NCBI GenBank assembly: GCA_951804945.1
Contig: OX638152.1
Span: forward strand, 104,284,001 to 104,348,000
Length of the DNA stretch: 64,000 nt
Direction of reading: 5' to 3'
From: Podarcis cretensis
Taxonomy: Eukaryota
The position numbers and the translations under genes are program-made. The notes under the pieces were generated by a model. The model did not search any database and was not told the DNA's origin. It was given only the letters and a program-made list of their open reading frames with translations. Positions 24,887 to 37,597 of the stretch are shown here, piece by piece. Numbering within the stretch: the stretch's first letter is position 1; the number at the start of each line of letters is the position of its first letter.

Positions 24887-25109
24887 GGGCTTGTCCACAC
24901 TTCTGAAAGGTTTCCAGACAGGCTTTCTAGGCATGGGTCCAAGCGGTTTTGTCTTTGCCCCAGAAAACCTGCTCTTTAGCGCTAAATCAGAACAAAGGGC
25001 AATCCATCAATTCACGGGGAAAGCCAATTGCCATTTGTTCCAACTCAGTGCAAAACTGCTGGTTTTCCTGGGGGAAAGCCACAGGGCAAACAGAGATGTG
25101 GATGAGCCC
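24887..25109. mobile_element. Palindromic MITE, PIF/Harbinger-like
   Basis: TIRs GGGCTTGTCCACA...TGTGGATGAGCCC; 3-bp TTT flanks; long internal imperfect inverted repeat. Confidence 0.65.
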
Positions 25110-25664
25110 TTTGTGGTGCCCTTAAAGGCATCAAAGAAAAGTTGTCACAACACATTTGAAGGCACGGATGCTTAATATTCTGAAACTTCCTTCTTTCAGA
25201 TGTTTTCCGAAGTTGCAACTGAGCATCTACCAGAATCAATGTAAGAGGTTTCAGTTAAAGCATGCATTTAATCAGCAAATATATGTAGACAGCTGCTTTA
25301 GTTGCACACTTAAGAATTTGGTATTTTATAAAGCAACATGTCTAAAATGAGTATTTCAGGGCCATGTAGGTTTAAGCTCTCGTAGAAGTAAGCATTGTGA
25401 AAGTTGAAGAGGAATCCAGTTTCTTTCCTGGGAAATTTGCCGAACTTGAACTGGGAAGAGGGAGAAACCTCAGCAGTGCGCAATAATTGGTTTATTAAAG
25501 GCCTTGTACATTTTGAATCTAGAGATTCTTCCTTAGTAGCTACTAGAAAATAAAGATACAAAGGTGCAGACTTATAACTGAGACCAGATGGTCCAAACAT
25601 GTAACACCAGTGCTTGCTCTTCTGCACTGACTGCTAGTTGGTTTCTGAGCCAAAGTCAAAGTTC

Positions 25665-25885
25665 TGGTGTTAGCCTATTAAGCCGTATATGACTTGGAAC
25701 CCCATTACTTCATAGTGTATTTTCCCATATGAACCTGCCTGGACCCTTGGCCAGCCATCTTTGGAGCTCCTTCTCCAGTACCCTCTCCAAAGGAGGTGCA
25801 GAGGGTCCACACAAGAAAGGGCCTTTCTGCAGTGGCCGCCTGCCTTGGGAATGATCTCTTCAGGCAGGTGCACCATCTTTCTGGT
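25665..25885 (+). mobile_element. L2 LINE 3' ORF fragment
   Basis: Degraded PYEPA...TRxRAFSxVAxxLWNxL motif. Confidence 0.7.
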
Positions 25886-25982
25886 ACCAGGCTAATGCTA
25901 CAGCCAGCAAAAGGGAGCCCCTGTGTTCCATGCTGGGACTTGCTTTTAAAAAAGAGATTGGGGGAGGGAGGGAGAGGGAGAG

Positions 25983-25984
<2 letters not shown>

Positions 25985-26026
<42 letters not shown>
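25985..26026. repeat. (GA)n microsatellite
   Basis: Visible tandem. Confidence 0.95.
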
Positions 26027-26029
<3 letters not shown>

Positions 26030-26469
26030 GGTATCCCCACATGTACTGGCTTGGCAGGTTCCTCTGTCACCCCATACTGGGCTTGCTGCTGCTGCTGCTG
26101 CTTCTTGAAAGGTTGGGGAGGGAAGGAAGGAGTGGCAGGGCTTTCAGTTGCATTCAGGCTACCATGGTCTTCTAGCCAGGCAAGGCCAGTGATGAGTGTT
26201 GCCTTGGCCCCAAGGAAGAGCTGTTCTGAATGGGGTGTGCGTACTTGTGCATACATAAGTAGTGCATATACTCAAGTAATGTATGTGTAAGTGTGGTTTT
26301 AAAGAGTTATGAATGTGTGATTTGTGTAAGAGATAGAGAGGTGTATTTGTGGCATGTGTGATGGAGGGAGTTGTGTGTATGCATGTGAGAGGAAAGGAAA
26401 TATGTATGTGAGGTACAGTATGTGGGGGAGGGGTGCACCTGAATAGTGAGGAGGAGATCTATGCAAGGG

Positions 26470-26525
<56 letters not shown>
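26470..26525. repeat. Compound (GT)n(GA)n microsatellite
   Basis: Visible tandem. Confidence 0.95.
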
Positions 26526-26528
<3 letters not shown>

Positions 26529-27760
26529 ATATGTGTGGTTGTGTAAATGTAAAGTCTGAGTGGGTGAGATGGATAGATGCATCTGTGCCTGAGGTTTGTG
26601 GGTGCTAAGTGAATGCTCCATTTGTGTACTAGAGAGAATGCCATGGCCTTTCTATATATTTCCCTGGAACTTTTGCAATGGACAATAACAGCGTCACTGT
26701 ATGCGCACGGGGGGTGGGGGTGGGGGCAGTGTTGGTGCTGGCATCTCTGTGTGGAAAATCAATATTGTGTGAATGTCACAAACAGGACCAGCAGGGCATA
26801 GCACCGACTTCTCATGCTAAGCACGAGTTTGGATGGGGCAAACAGCACTGACTCCACTCTCGCTTAATTTTGTGCTGTGCCACACACCTCCCAGTGGTCA
26901 TTTTGGGACTGATGCCCTTGGTAGCAGTCTTAATTGCTACTTCTATATAATTCAAGGTAATAAATACCATCTATAAAATGGTAAACATTTTGAATTTTAT
27001 TATCAACTTTTTAATAAAAAAGTTCATCACAAAATCAACAGAGAAACGGGGAGTGGGAGGAGAGGTATTTAGCAATTTTTCAGGATACAAGTATGGGCAC
27101 CTTCTGTTTCTACAGAAAATGCATTGCTTGTGGTAATCATAAATGGAATGGAATGTTTCTGTGAAGGTCCACAGACTTGCCAGTGCCAGGGAGGCTGGCC
27201 ATGTGCTGTGTGAGCCTTTCTTCATACAGTAAACGCTGCTGAACAGTGTGACGAGGAGGGAAGTTGCCAGCACCTGTGATTGTGTAGCCAAAGGCCTTTT
27301 GTGTTTGCTTCTGAAGTAGTGTAATTTCGATGTCTCATCACCTCATTTTCACATAGAGAAAATGTGTTAATTGCCCCATTTTAATTAGTAATAAAAAAAT
27401 TAGACGCTGCTTTGCCTTTGTGAAAGTATGAAGTAATCAAGCATGTTGCTATGTTCACACTACCATTCATGAAACAAATAAGCTTGCAAGTGATCTTTCC
27501 ACCCTCACAAATGATGGACAGTCTAGACCCCAGACATTCACTGCAAGAAGTTCATTAAAGACTTTACTGCATCCACAATAGAATTAAGGCATTTCTAGGT
27601 TACAAAAATGTTAACAAATTAATATAATATAATTAATGTATTCATTAATTTAAAATGTAACTGTCAAAATACCAGTTGCGCCATGCTCCTCCTTCAACTG
27701 CCACCAATAACCTTCGCTCAAGCTATAGGAGAGTGAGAAAGATGGGGCAGAACCACTTCA

Positions 27761-28265
27761 TTATTTTTTTTAATTAATTTTTTATTGATTTTCCAACACA
27801 AATTAAAAGCAAAGCAACACACACATAAACAAACAGACAAAACAACAACAACAACATATAAGCATGTATAATTTCAAAACCTCTTTTTCATAAACCTTAC
27901 TTCCCGGACTTCCCCTTCCCTCCCCTTTTCTGCATCCCTGTTTTAAACTCTCTTCAACAACCCCTCACGCCAATCAATTAATAACATCTTCTTATTTTAG
28001 TTTCTTCTCATACTTAATCGATTACAGCTGTAATTCTATATTTTCCTTTCCCTTGACATTTTAGCACTCATTAATTTTACAGCAATTCTTAAGATATACT
28101 TTAAATTTCTTCCAATCTTCTTCCACCGTCTCTTTTTCTTGGTCACGGATTCTGCCAGTCATCTCCGCCAATCCCATATAGTCAATCACCTTCGTCTGCC
28201 ATTCTTCCAGCGTGGGTAGTTCTTGTGTCTTCCAGTACTTTGCTAAAAGGATCCTTGCTGCTGTG
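27761..28265 (-). mobile_element. L1-clade LINE, 5'-truncated
   Basis: 17-bp TSD GGGGCAGAACCACTTCA (27744-27760, 28266-28282); T-rich tail with TTTATT at left; minus frame TAARILLAKYWKTQELPTLEEWQTKVIDYMGLAEMT...EEDWKKF. Confidence 0.88.
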
Positions 28266-29302
28266 GGGGCAGAACCACTTCAACCACTGAAAGACTAGCA
28301 ACCTTTGGCTCATCTCCCAAATGCTTATATTTTTGCTGTTTACTACAAGATCTCTGCAACTAATTCTGTGTTCACACTTCCATTTACTGTACACTCACTG
28401 CTTTTCCAGTGCTGAGTTTTTAATCCACTTTCACACATGCATATGTATCCTGTGCTTTATTATAAGATACGACTGTATGATGCCTTGGTACTCAAACTAA
28501 CCTCAAACTTAAGCCATTCCTAATTTGCATAGGCTAAGGACACCCCGGCCTTCTCAGTGTCCCCTGGTGTGTACACAAACGGAAACAAATGGGGCACTGA
28601 TGAAGTCATAATGATGTGAACGGGGTGGGGGTGGAGACGTGATATACAACAATTAAAGAAAAGAAAGCTCCATTAAGTGCATGTATTGCTTTTCGTTTGC
28701 TCCCCGTTCCTTTTGTGTCACCTCTCTCTTACTGTGGGCACAGACTGTCTTCTCACTGATATTTGTAAGCTGCTCTGGAAGCCTATTTCAGCAGAACAGC
28801 AGGATAAAAATGCCAATGATAAATCATAATAACAGTTTTAATATATGAAGGAAAACATGTCCCAGTTTGGCAGCACTGCATTCAAGTAACATCAAGTTGG
28901 ATAGGTGGGTTGATAAGCTGCACTGCATCTCCACAGGGGCATATTTACAGAGGCTACTTATCAAAAAGTGAATGCATAATCTATGATCTGTAATTCATAT
29001 GAAATTTGCTCTTATCTTTCAGGCTTTTGATTCTATCCTTAACCATTTTTTTCTACTTCTTTATGGATGAAACTCTCTGAACAGTGTGTGAATGTTTATA
29101 AATAGGTGTCCACTCTAGAAACAAGTTATATGCTACATCTCTTTTAAAATGTTTAGATGCACTTCTGCAACGAGAACTTCAGCACAAGTGAGGCCAAACC
29201 AGCTGAATCCTCTGCACCAGCAAAGGCTTGCACAGCTGTCAATCATTTAGGGAATGGTGAGGTGAGGCTAGGAGAAAAAGAAAAGAAAAGGTGAGCCTAC
29301 AC

Positions 29303-29428
29303 CTGCCTTTCTCAACTTTGGGTCCCTAGATATTATTGGACCACAACTCCCACCATTCCTAGCTAACATGGCCAATGTTGGGTATTGTAGTTCAATAACA
29401 CGTGGGGACCCAAGGTTGAGAAAGGCTG
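29303..29428. mobile_element. Palindromic hAT-like MITE
   Basis: Termini GCCTTTCTCAACTTTGGGTCCC / GGGACCCAAGGTTGAGAAAGGC are inverted repeats; TSD not preserved. Confidence 0.7.
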
Positions 29429-29812
29429 TGTAAGCGGGGCTCTTCTGTTATTTCAGTGGCACAGGAGTTGTTTCTCCATGACTTTTCCCCATGCTGGTAC
29501 ATTAAGTCCAGAATGATGTGGGAAGAACCAGCTGTATCGGTTCCTTTTACCTGATTGTCACCCTGTCTTCCTACTCATCTGGTGATGGTCAGTTGAAAAT
29601 GAATTATATGATTGGTCCCACCTATGTGGTTCTGGGCTTCAAGACATTAACGTGCTTCTTGTGAAAAAACAGACATGTTCTGTGATTAGGGACCTAGATT
29701 AAATTTGGGTTAATAGCTGAACACAACTCTCCCAGATCTGGAGATACTGCAAGCTCACCCCTAACTTGTTTTTGTGGAATTTGTGAAAGGACCTCAGCAG
29801 CTATGGGGGAGT

Positions 29813-29956
29813 CCCGCCCGGAAACCAATGTCCCCACTGTGGAAGGACATGTGGATCCAGAATTGGCCTCCACGGTCACTTATGGACTCATTGTTAAAAC
29901 TGTGTTTATGGAAGATAATCTTACTCGGCTGTGAGTGATCGCCAAAGAAGAAGAAG
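29813..29956 (+). mobile_element. RTE-clade LINE extreme 3' end
   Basis: PPGNQCPHCGRTCGSRIGLHGHLWTHC* zinc-finger terminus; (GAA)n tail. Confidence 0.85.
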
Positions 29957-31727
29957 AAATTTGGGTAATTCCATTTGTTTGCAAGTCAGATTTTGACCAC
30001 AGCACATCTGAATTTGTATGCATGTCTGAATAGGTATCTGGTTAAAAAGGAATGACCTCGTCTGGAAAAAAATGTATTCTAGAAGAATGTCAGAGTGCCA
30101 GACTGTGTGACCTTGGTCAAATCTTTATCAGCATAGGCTATCTTAACAGAGTGGCCTTTCAGGCAAAACAGCTGCATTGAACTCCTAGGAAACAGGGCAG
30201 GAAATAGAATCATAGAATTGGAAAGGCACCCTGTGGATCATTTAGATCCACACTCTAACCAACTGAGCTGTCCAATTGGAAGTAATAAATCTATTGGAAC
30301 CAGCTTTTTCACTTTCAGCACTGACTATTTAAAAGTTAAGCATAGTCTCTAACATACTTTCCTTCTCTTGGATCTATTTAACTCCAAGCAAATTTATGGA
30401 AATGACCCTCATTCAGATTAATTGAATTGACTGTATGTAAGTGGGAAGACAGCCCTAGTGTGATGACTTGAGCCCATGTGTCTAAGGTTGAGACATGACT
30501 CCTCATAATAAATGTCTCGGGGCATGTGCATATATATATTTAAAAGAAATATATTTCCAGTGGTTACACTTGCCATCATTTCAGATACCTGAACCTTGAT
30601 CCCAATTTCATTCTGATAATTTATAGTCAGATATGTCCTTGCAGTGGAATGTTCTCTTGACCTCTTGCAACATCATACAAGAGTGTGGTGCAAATAAAAG
30701 CCTTTAAAAATTGCAAATCCAGTATTAATCATTGCATCATCATACAATTGCCACTGTATGGTAGAATTTTATTTGCACAATCCGGTGCACTTGGGTTTAT
30801 TGAATGCACTGAATAGCTTCTACTATATTAGTGCCTCTTGTTCATTGTGCTATCTAATTTACCAGTAATTGTTTTCATGAACTTATCAAATTTTATCTCG
30901 GAGTTCATTAAAAACATGCTGGGCAAAGAGGATCAATTTACTAATTCAAGTTTATAAAGAAGCAGGCATTTGTCCCTGAATTTATATCATGGCTATTGCA
31001 ACAGAAGGTTCAGAGGAGAATAAATATTCTGGCACAACGGAATATCAAATACTAAATTTCAAGCTAAAGCCCTTCTTAAAAAGTCAAAACTTGTTCTTAA
31101 CTCTTATAGGAATCAAAGGATCTCCCACATGGATACATGTGAATCATGCTATATGTGAAATTTCATCAGAGAGATTTAAAAATCAATGTGCTGACCACAA
31201 GATTGGTCTGGACCCCAATTTGGTGCTTTGTGAAACAGCTTAATTTGGGCTGGACCAATATTTGGAGGTCGTCTGTTGTGGCTCAGCAGTCCAGGTCTGT
31301 TTCATTTCCCCCATTCACTATTTGGAAATCTGTGATAATCTTTTCCACTTTTGACAGAAGTAGATGAATATTGCACAGAGTATTGGCTAAAACCTATCAA
31401 ATTATAGTCCAGGGAGCCAACCATCTCTAATCTGGACATCCCCCCAAAAACACACCCCAGAATGGTCTATAATTTTTGTTATTATTTTGGCCAGAATTTG
31501 ATTAAATTAGCAGTCACTCCTTCTGGAGGTATGAACTCAGTTAAATTTCAGACAGCTAGCTGCTGTACTTTCCCCATAAGGGCAGCTGTTGTACTTTTGA
31601 TTATCTGTTCAATTCCCTGTGTCAGTATTTAGAAATAAAAAAATGGCTCAAACTTTCTTTTATTTTAACAGAATTGGGTGAAATTTGTAGACATAGTGGC
31701 TCTTCTGGCATGAATAAGAGTGGTCAA

Positions 31728-32023
31728 TTTTATGTACTGAAGTTCTCACCCTGGGCCAGCAGGGGGATACTGTAGATAGTTATGCAAATGAAGGATGGAA
31801 AGTGACGTTTAGTGATTGGATAGTTTTGTATGCAAATGAAGGATCGAAAAGTGACGTTCAGTGATTGGATAGTTTTAGAATGTTGCAACAGTTACAATTG
31901 TTCTGTAGCTCTATATAAGCAGGCTGACTGAGCTCCTCAGTTCAGTTCTGTTCCAGCTTAAAAAATAAAGAGCTGCTTGGAGAAATTGCTGTGTCGTCTG
32001 CTATGTCAACCCACAACTTAACA
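31728..32023 (+). repeat. 5' LTR
   Basis: Ends ..AACA; the initial TG is mutated to TT; TATATAA 31912-31918; AATAAA 31964-31969; 48-bp internal duplication; 8 differences from the 3' LTR by manual count. Confidence 0.95.
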
Positions 32024-32024
32024 C

Positions 32025-32042
32025 TGGCGATGAGGATGGGAT
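32025..32042 (+). promoter_or_regulatory. Primer-binding site for tRNA-Ser(GCT)
   Basis: TGGCGATGAGGATGGGAT, one mismatch (CpG>TpG) from the complement of the tRNA-Ser(GCT) 3' end TGGCGACGAGGATGGGAT. Confidence 0.85.
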
Positions 32043-32205
32043 CGATGGACATCAGAGCACAGCCAGATGCGGCCATCCTCTGAACTGAGCTGAATCACCG
32101 AGCGAAATCACTGAGCGAAATCACTGGACAGAACCAATTCAGAGCTGACTGTTCTGGCTAGAGCACTGTGTTCTATCCATCGCCCTTCACGCCGGCATCG
32201 GAATC

Positions 32206-35200
32206 ATGGCTTCGCTTGTGCCTCTACCGCCATTTGCGCCAGCCTCTGAATCATGGGACTCCTACCTCGCTCGGTTCGACTGCTACCTCCAAGCCAACAA
32301 GCTGACGCAAGTATCACAGGAGCGGAAGCGAGGCCTATTCCTCAGCCTCTGTGGGCCTGAGGTGTTCGAGACAGCCCGAGCATTGGTTGCGCCTGTAGCA
32401 GTCCAGGAAACACCATGGGACACGATCCAAGAGAAGCTCCGCAACCACTACGCACCGAAGCCGTCCAAGATTGCTGCCCGCCATGCATTTTACCACCGGA
32501 ACCAGGCAGAGGGGGAGTCAATCAACAACTACACCACCGCCCTGTGACAGGCTGCAATGCACTGTGAATTCCGAGACTTAGATGATGCCCTGATGGATCG
32601 AATCGTCTGTGGGGTCCGGGACATCCGTCTACAACGCTGTCTCCTCGCCAGGCCAGACCTCACGCTGCAGAAAGCCATTGAGGAGGATGTGGCCTCGGAA
32701 GCTGCTGAACGCTCCGCCCAGGAGATCCGCAAGGCCAGCAGCCCGCGTCTTGCTAGGAAGCCAGTTCCAGTGCATCACGAAGAGGCCAGCAGTGATGAGG
32801 CATCCTCTGGTGAAGACAATGACGTGCACCAGACAAAGCGGGAGCGCAGGAAGTTCCAACAGAAGTCCAAGGGCCAACCGGAATGTGCCGGCTGTGGAGG
32901 CAACCATTCCCGTGCCAAGTGTCGATTCAGAGACGCCATCTGTCGGACGTGTTCCAGAAGGGGCCACATCACTAAGGTCTGCCGATCGGCTCTGTCTGAC
33001 ACCCCCCCTTCACCAACTCGCAAGTCCAAGTCTTCACTCCAGTCTGCCAAGGAAAGCTGTTTCACTCTCACCAACTGCTGCTGCCCGTCTGGAACCATGA
33101 TTGGCCAAACCGACTCGCCTACGTGACGCAAGCTGAATGTCATGGTGCTCATTGAAGGAGCTCCATGCGACATGGAGATAGACACCGGGTCTGCCCTGTC
33201 CATCGTGTTTTGGAGCACCATCAAAAGACTGGTACCCAGAGTGTCCAAAAGGCAACTCGACTCTCACCGCGTACACCTGAGAGACTACCAGGGAAACGAC
33301 ATTCCCGTGGTAGGCGTTGGCCGGTTCCAGATCGCCTTCAATGATTTTTCAGGCCTGCTCCGACTGGTGGTGGTCAAAGGTCAGCGGCCAAGCCTCCTAG
33401 GGCTAGACTGGTTTGATGCCCTTGGCCTGGAAGTCACCGGCATCAACTGCATCTTTAACGCAGAGACTGAGGGTCTGGTCAAAGACTTTGCCGAGGTTTT
33501 TGACGGCACTTTGGGGCAATATACAGGTACACCCATCTCCTTTAGTCTTGATCCACAAGTTGCCCCCATCAAGCTAAAGCCACGCCGGGTTCCCTTTGCT
33601 CTCAAGGCTAAGGTGGACGAACAACTGGACAAGCTGATCGCCCAAGGAGTTTTGGAGCCGGTTGACCACGCCAAGTGGGAAACCCCCATTGTCACGCCTG
33701 TCAAGCCAGACGGGTCGGTGAGAATCTGCGCTGACTACAAGTGTACGATCAACAAGGCACTTCAGCAGCATGCTTACCCGGTTCCTGTTGTTCAACACCT
33801 ACTGCATTCCCTGGGTGAGGGTAAGGTCTTTGCTAAGCTGGACCTTGCCCAAGCCTATCAACAACTGCCCATTGATGATGCCGTTGCTGAAGCCCAGACG
33901 ATCGTCACCCACCGAGGGGCATTCCATTGCCGCCGTTTGCAGTTTGGGGTGTGTGTGGCTCCTGGCATCTTCCAAAGCCTTATGGAGCGTCTCCTGCAAG
34001 GGCTTCCGGGCGTGGTACCGTATTTTGATGACGTCTTGGTGTCCGCAGACTCAAACCAGCAGCTGTTCGAGCGCCTCCACACCGTGCTGACCAGGTTCCA
34101 GAAGGCCGGGCTCAAGGTAAAGAGGGAGAAGTGCCAGATCGCCGTTCCACAGGTGGAGTTCCTGGGCTATCTTATCGACGCCTCTGGCCTTCACCCGACC
34201 ACATCCAAGATCTGAGCTATCCAGCAGGCCCCCATCCCAAAGAACAAGACTGAGCTGCAGGCATTCTTGGGACTGCTGAACTTTTATAACATGTTCCTGC
34301 CCCACAAAGCCACAGTGGCTGAGCCTGTTCACCGACTCCTCAGCACAAAGACACCTTGGTCCTGGGGTCATCGGGAGACGGCCGCCTTCAACGTGGTCAA
34401 GGCTCTCCTTTCATCGGACAGTGTGCTGGTACAGTACAGTGAAGCCAGGCCGCTGGTCCTTGCCTGCGACGCCTCACCTTTTGGCATTGGTGCTGTCCTT
34501 AGTCACCGTTTTACAGACGGAAGAGAAGCACCGCTCACCTACTTTTCCAGGACGCTATCTCCAACGGAACGGAATTACAGCCAGCTCGACAAGGAGGCAC
34601 TGGCACTTGTGGCTGGAGTGAAGAGGTTCCATGAATACCTCTACGGCTGGACTTGCTGGACATCACCAACCACAAGCCGCTCCTGGGCCTCCTCGCCGGT
34701 GATCGACCAACTCCACCGGTCCTCTCGCCGCACATTCTGCGATGGACTGTTTTCCTGGCTGCCTACCACTACGGGCTCGTCCATCGCCCGGGAAAATCGA
34801 TGGGCCATGCCGATGCCCTCAGCCGTTGCCCTCTTCCAGCGTTTGTGGAAGACCCAGCTCCTGCTTCATTGCTCCTCCTGTGGCCTCCGCATCTGCCCAG
34901 GATCGCACCATCAGCCATGTGCTCAACTGGGTGTGGAGGGGGTGGCTACAAGGGCCTTTTGCATCGGAGTTCCAGCCCTTCGCAACCAGACAACATGAAC
35001 TCTCAGCTCATCGCGGCTGTCTGCTGTGGGGAGACCGCGTCGTGATTCCCCAAAGACTCCGTCAACGTGTCCTGGAGGCTCTGCACGTTGTACACCCGGG
35101 AATCGTCAAAATGAAGGCGTTGGCTCGGTGTTACGTCTGGTGGCCTAACATGGACGATGCCATCACTGTCTGGGTTTCCGCCTGTCAGGCGTGCCAAGAA

Positions 35201-36319
35201 TCGAGGCCTGCGCCACCGGCAGCGAAGGGACACACATGGGAGATGCCCAAGACACCCTGGTCGAGGGTGCACATCGATCTGGCTGGCCCCTTTCACGGCC
35301 GGACCTTTATGGTAGTGGTGGACGCCTACTCCAAATGGCTGGAGGCCGTCAAAGGCCGTCAAAGGCCGTCAAAGGCCGTCATCTGGGTGCTGCGAGGCCT
35401 CTTTGTGACGCATGGGTGTCCTGATGTCCTTGTCTCCCACAACGGACCGCAATTCACATCAGGCACTTTTGAGCGGTATCTTTTGGGACTGGGCATCCGC
35501 CATGCGCTAATGGCACCATTTCATCCATCCAGCAATGGGCAAGCGGAGAGAATGGTGCGCTCGGCAAAAGAGGCACTGGTGCGCCTGGACCGGGGAGACT
35601 GGCATGAGCGGGTCGCCGAATACTTGTTCGTACAACACATCACCCCTCATGCGGCCACAGGGCGGAGTCCTGCTGAACTGCTTATGGGCCGCCGCCTCAG
35701 GTCCCCGCTCGACCAGCTGCACCCAGACTTTGCCGTGGCCGAACCCCCAGGCTGTGCCAACATGCCACGGTCATTTGTTCCCGGAAACCGGGTCTTTGCC
35801 CGGAACTTTGTGGGGGACATTCCTTGGGTGCCAGCCACAGTAGTGGGAGTCACTGGACCTCGCTCGTACCAGGTGGCACTCTAAGATGGACGCTTGTGGC
35901 GCCGGCACATAGACCAGCTTAGGCGCAGGGTTGGGGACTTGGACACTACCATGGTGCCCCCAACTGCGCTCGTGGCTCTGGAACAGACACTTACAGATAG
36001 TGAGGCTCCACCTACACCTCTCTCACAAACTGCTGGCGTGGAGCCGAACCAAGCCACTTCAGAGGGTCTGCCAGACTTACCACAGACTCAGACCACTGCC
36101 ATGCCTGACATTCCGCCAACTCCACTTGTGGAGGTTCCACCCACAGCAGCAGATCCAGGGGACTTGGTTTCAACGCCACCTAGGGTCGCACCACAGCCTC
36201 AGCAGGAATTGGGCGGCCCCCCGGACTTGGCTACCAGTCCCCGGCAGTCTGACAGAGTTTCCAAGCGCCCAGCTTATTTAAAGGACTATGTTGTTGGACA
36301 TGTATCACTGTTGGTCTAA
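32206..36319 (+). pseudogene. gag-pol polyprotein, disrupted
   Basis: Gag with tandem Cys/His knuckles (CAGCGGNH...CRTCSRRGHITKVC), protease MEIDTGSA, RT YFDD (34021-34032), RNase H LACDASPFGIG, integrase HHCC and RVHID/VSHNG/GQAER; in-frame TGA stops at 32545, 33124, 34213, stop at 35882, frameshifts near 34650 and 34880. Confidence 0.95.
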
Positions 36320-36420
36320 GTATATGAAATGTAACCGATATGCTTTTGTGCCTAATTGAACCATTATGTGTAGTGCTGTATATAAGGAAACCATTACGAT
36401 TGTAACTAACGCCTTATCTC

Positions 36421-36432
36421 GGTGGGGAGGGG
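36421..36432 (+). promoter_or_regulatory. Polypurine tract
   Basis: GGTGGGGAGGGG immediately before the 3' LTR. Confidence 0.85.
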
Positions 36433-36728
36433 TGTTATGTACTGAAGTTCTCACCCTGGGCCAGCAGGGGGATACTGTAGATAGTTATGCAAATGAAGGA
36501 TCAAAAGTGACGTTTAGTGATTGGATAGTTTTGTATGCAAATGAAGGATCGAAAAGTGACGTTCAGTGATTGGATAGTTTTAGAATGTTGCAACAGTTAC
36601 AATTGTTCTGTAGCTCTATATAAGCAGGCTGACTGAGCTCCTCAGTTCAGTTCTGTTCCAGGTTACAAAATAAAGAGCTGCTTGGAGATATCACTGTGTC
36701 GTCTGCTATGTCAACCCACAACTTAACA
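36433..36728 (+). repeat. 3' LTR
   Basis: TGTTA...TAACA, 296 bp. Confidence 0.96.
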
Positions 36729-37597
36729 GTCAAGTTACAGAAAAATGGTTATAACTTCTGGTATCCTGAAGCCAGCTGTCAGTGACAGAAGGAGCTGTGC
36801 CATTTTCTCTTTTCTTTCAAATCCCCACCTGAAATGGGAGGTTTGCTTTCTCCCCCACCCCACAACGTGGGACTGACTAGCTGTATGCAGTTCACTGGTA
36901 TACATGTATGGCTCTTCAGCTGCAACTCCTAGCTTAGCTGAAAAAAGTCCTAGGCCTAGGGTCCTCTTTACAATAAGTTTATCATCACAGCAAGTTATGA
37001 AGGAATATTTGCTCCTGAATTTGCAGTGGCATACAGAAATGTCTTTAAATATTGGATATGCATTGTTATGTTGTGAGATTCAGGGGTTGGACAGGCCTTT
37101 TGTTTTGGGAACTTGGTGGTGACACAGCCCAGATATGCTTTCTGAATGTCTAGGAAATACCTGAAAGGGGGTTATATTTCTTATTTTCCTTTGCTTGCTC
37201 TTGCTCTTCCTAGATGTGATCTTGGTCTGCGGTTGAAAAGAAGAAATGGAAACCAGAGATTTGAGTGAGGAATAAGAGAGGGGCAGAGCAAGAGGCAGAG
37301 AGCTGGGTGTGGGGAACTGCAACTGCGGGAGCATTTTGGAGGGCTGTCTGCCTTTCTCTGGAGACCTGATGTGGGCCAGGGATAAAGAATCTGTGCCCCC
37401 CCCCCCCATGTTGAACTGCAGCGAAGTTAATTAAGTCAAATATTACAAAACACCATAAGCTCCTTCCAAAGGAAACCAAACCTGGGTAAGCACTGCCCCC
37501 CTGCAATTTCTCACTGCTTGGGTATAATAAGGGTCAGTGAGTAGTTGGGGCAGTCTGCTTAAATGTTAAGAACAGAAGCTTGTCCGTTGGTGGGGAA

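Larger units (their letters stand above)
31728..36728 (+). mobile_element. Full-length Ty3/Gypsy LTR retrotransposon (Mag-type), decayed
   Basis: Two 296-bp LTRs; 5-bp TSD GTCAA (31723-31727, 36729-36733); tRNA-Ser PBS; PPT; gag-PR-RT-RH-IN domain order. Confidence 0.97.

Noticed and set aside
30250-30270. tRNA A-box-like sequence (AGCTCAGTTGGTTAGAG on the minus strand)
   Set aside because: Too short for a tRNA; probably a SINE head remnant beside a CR1 tail
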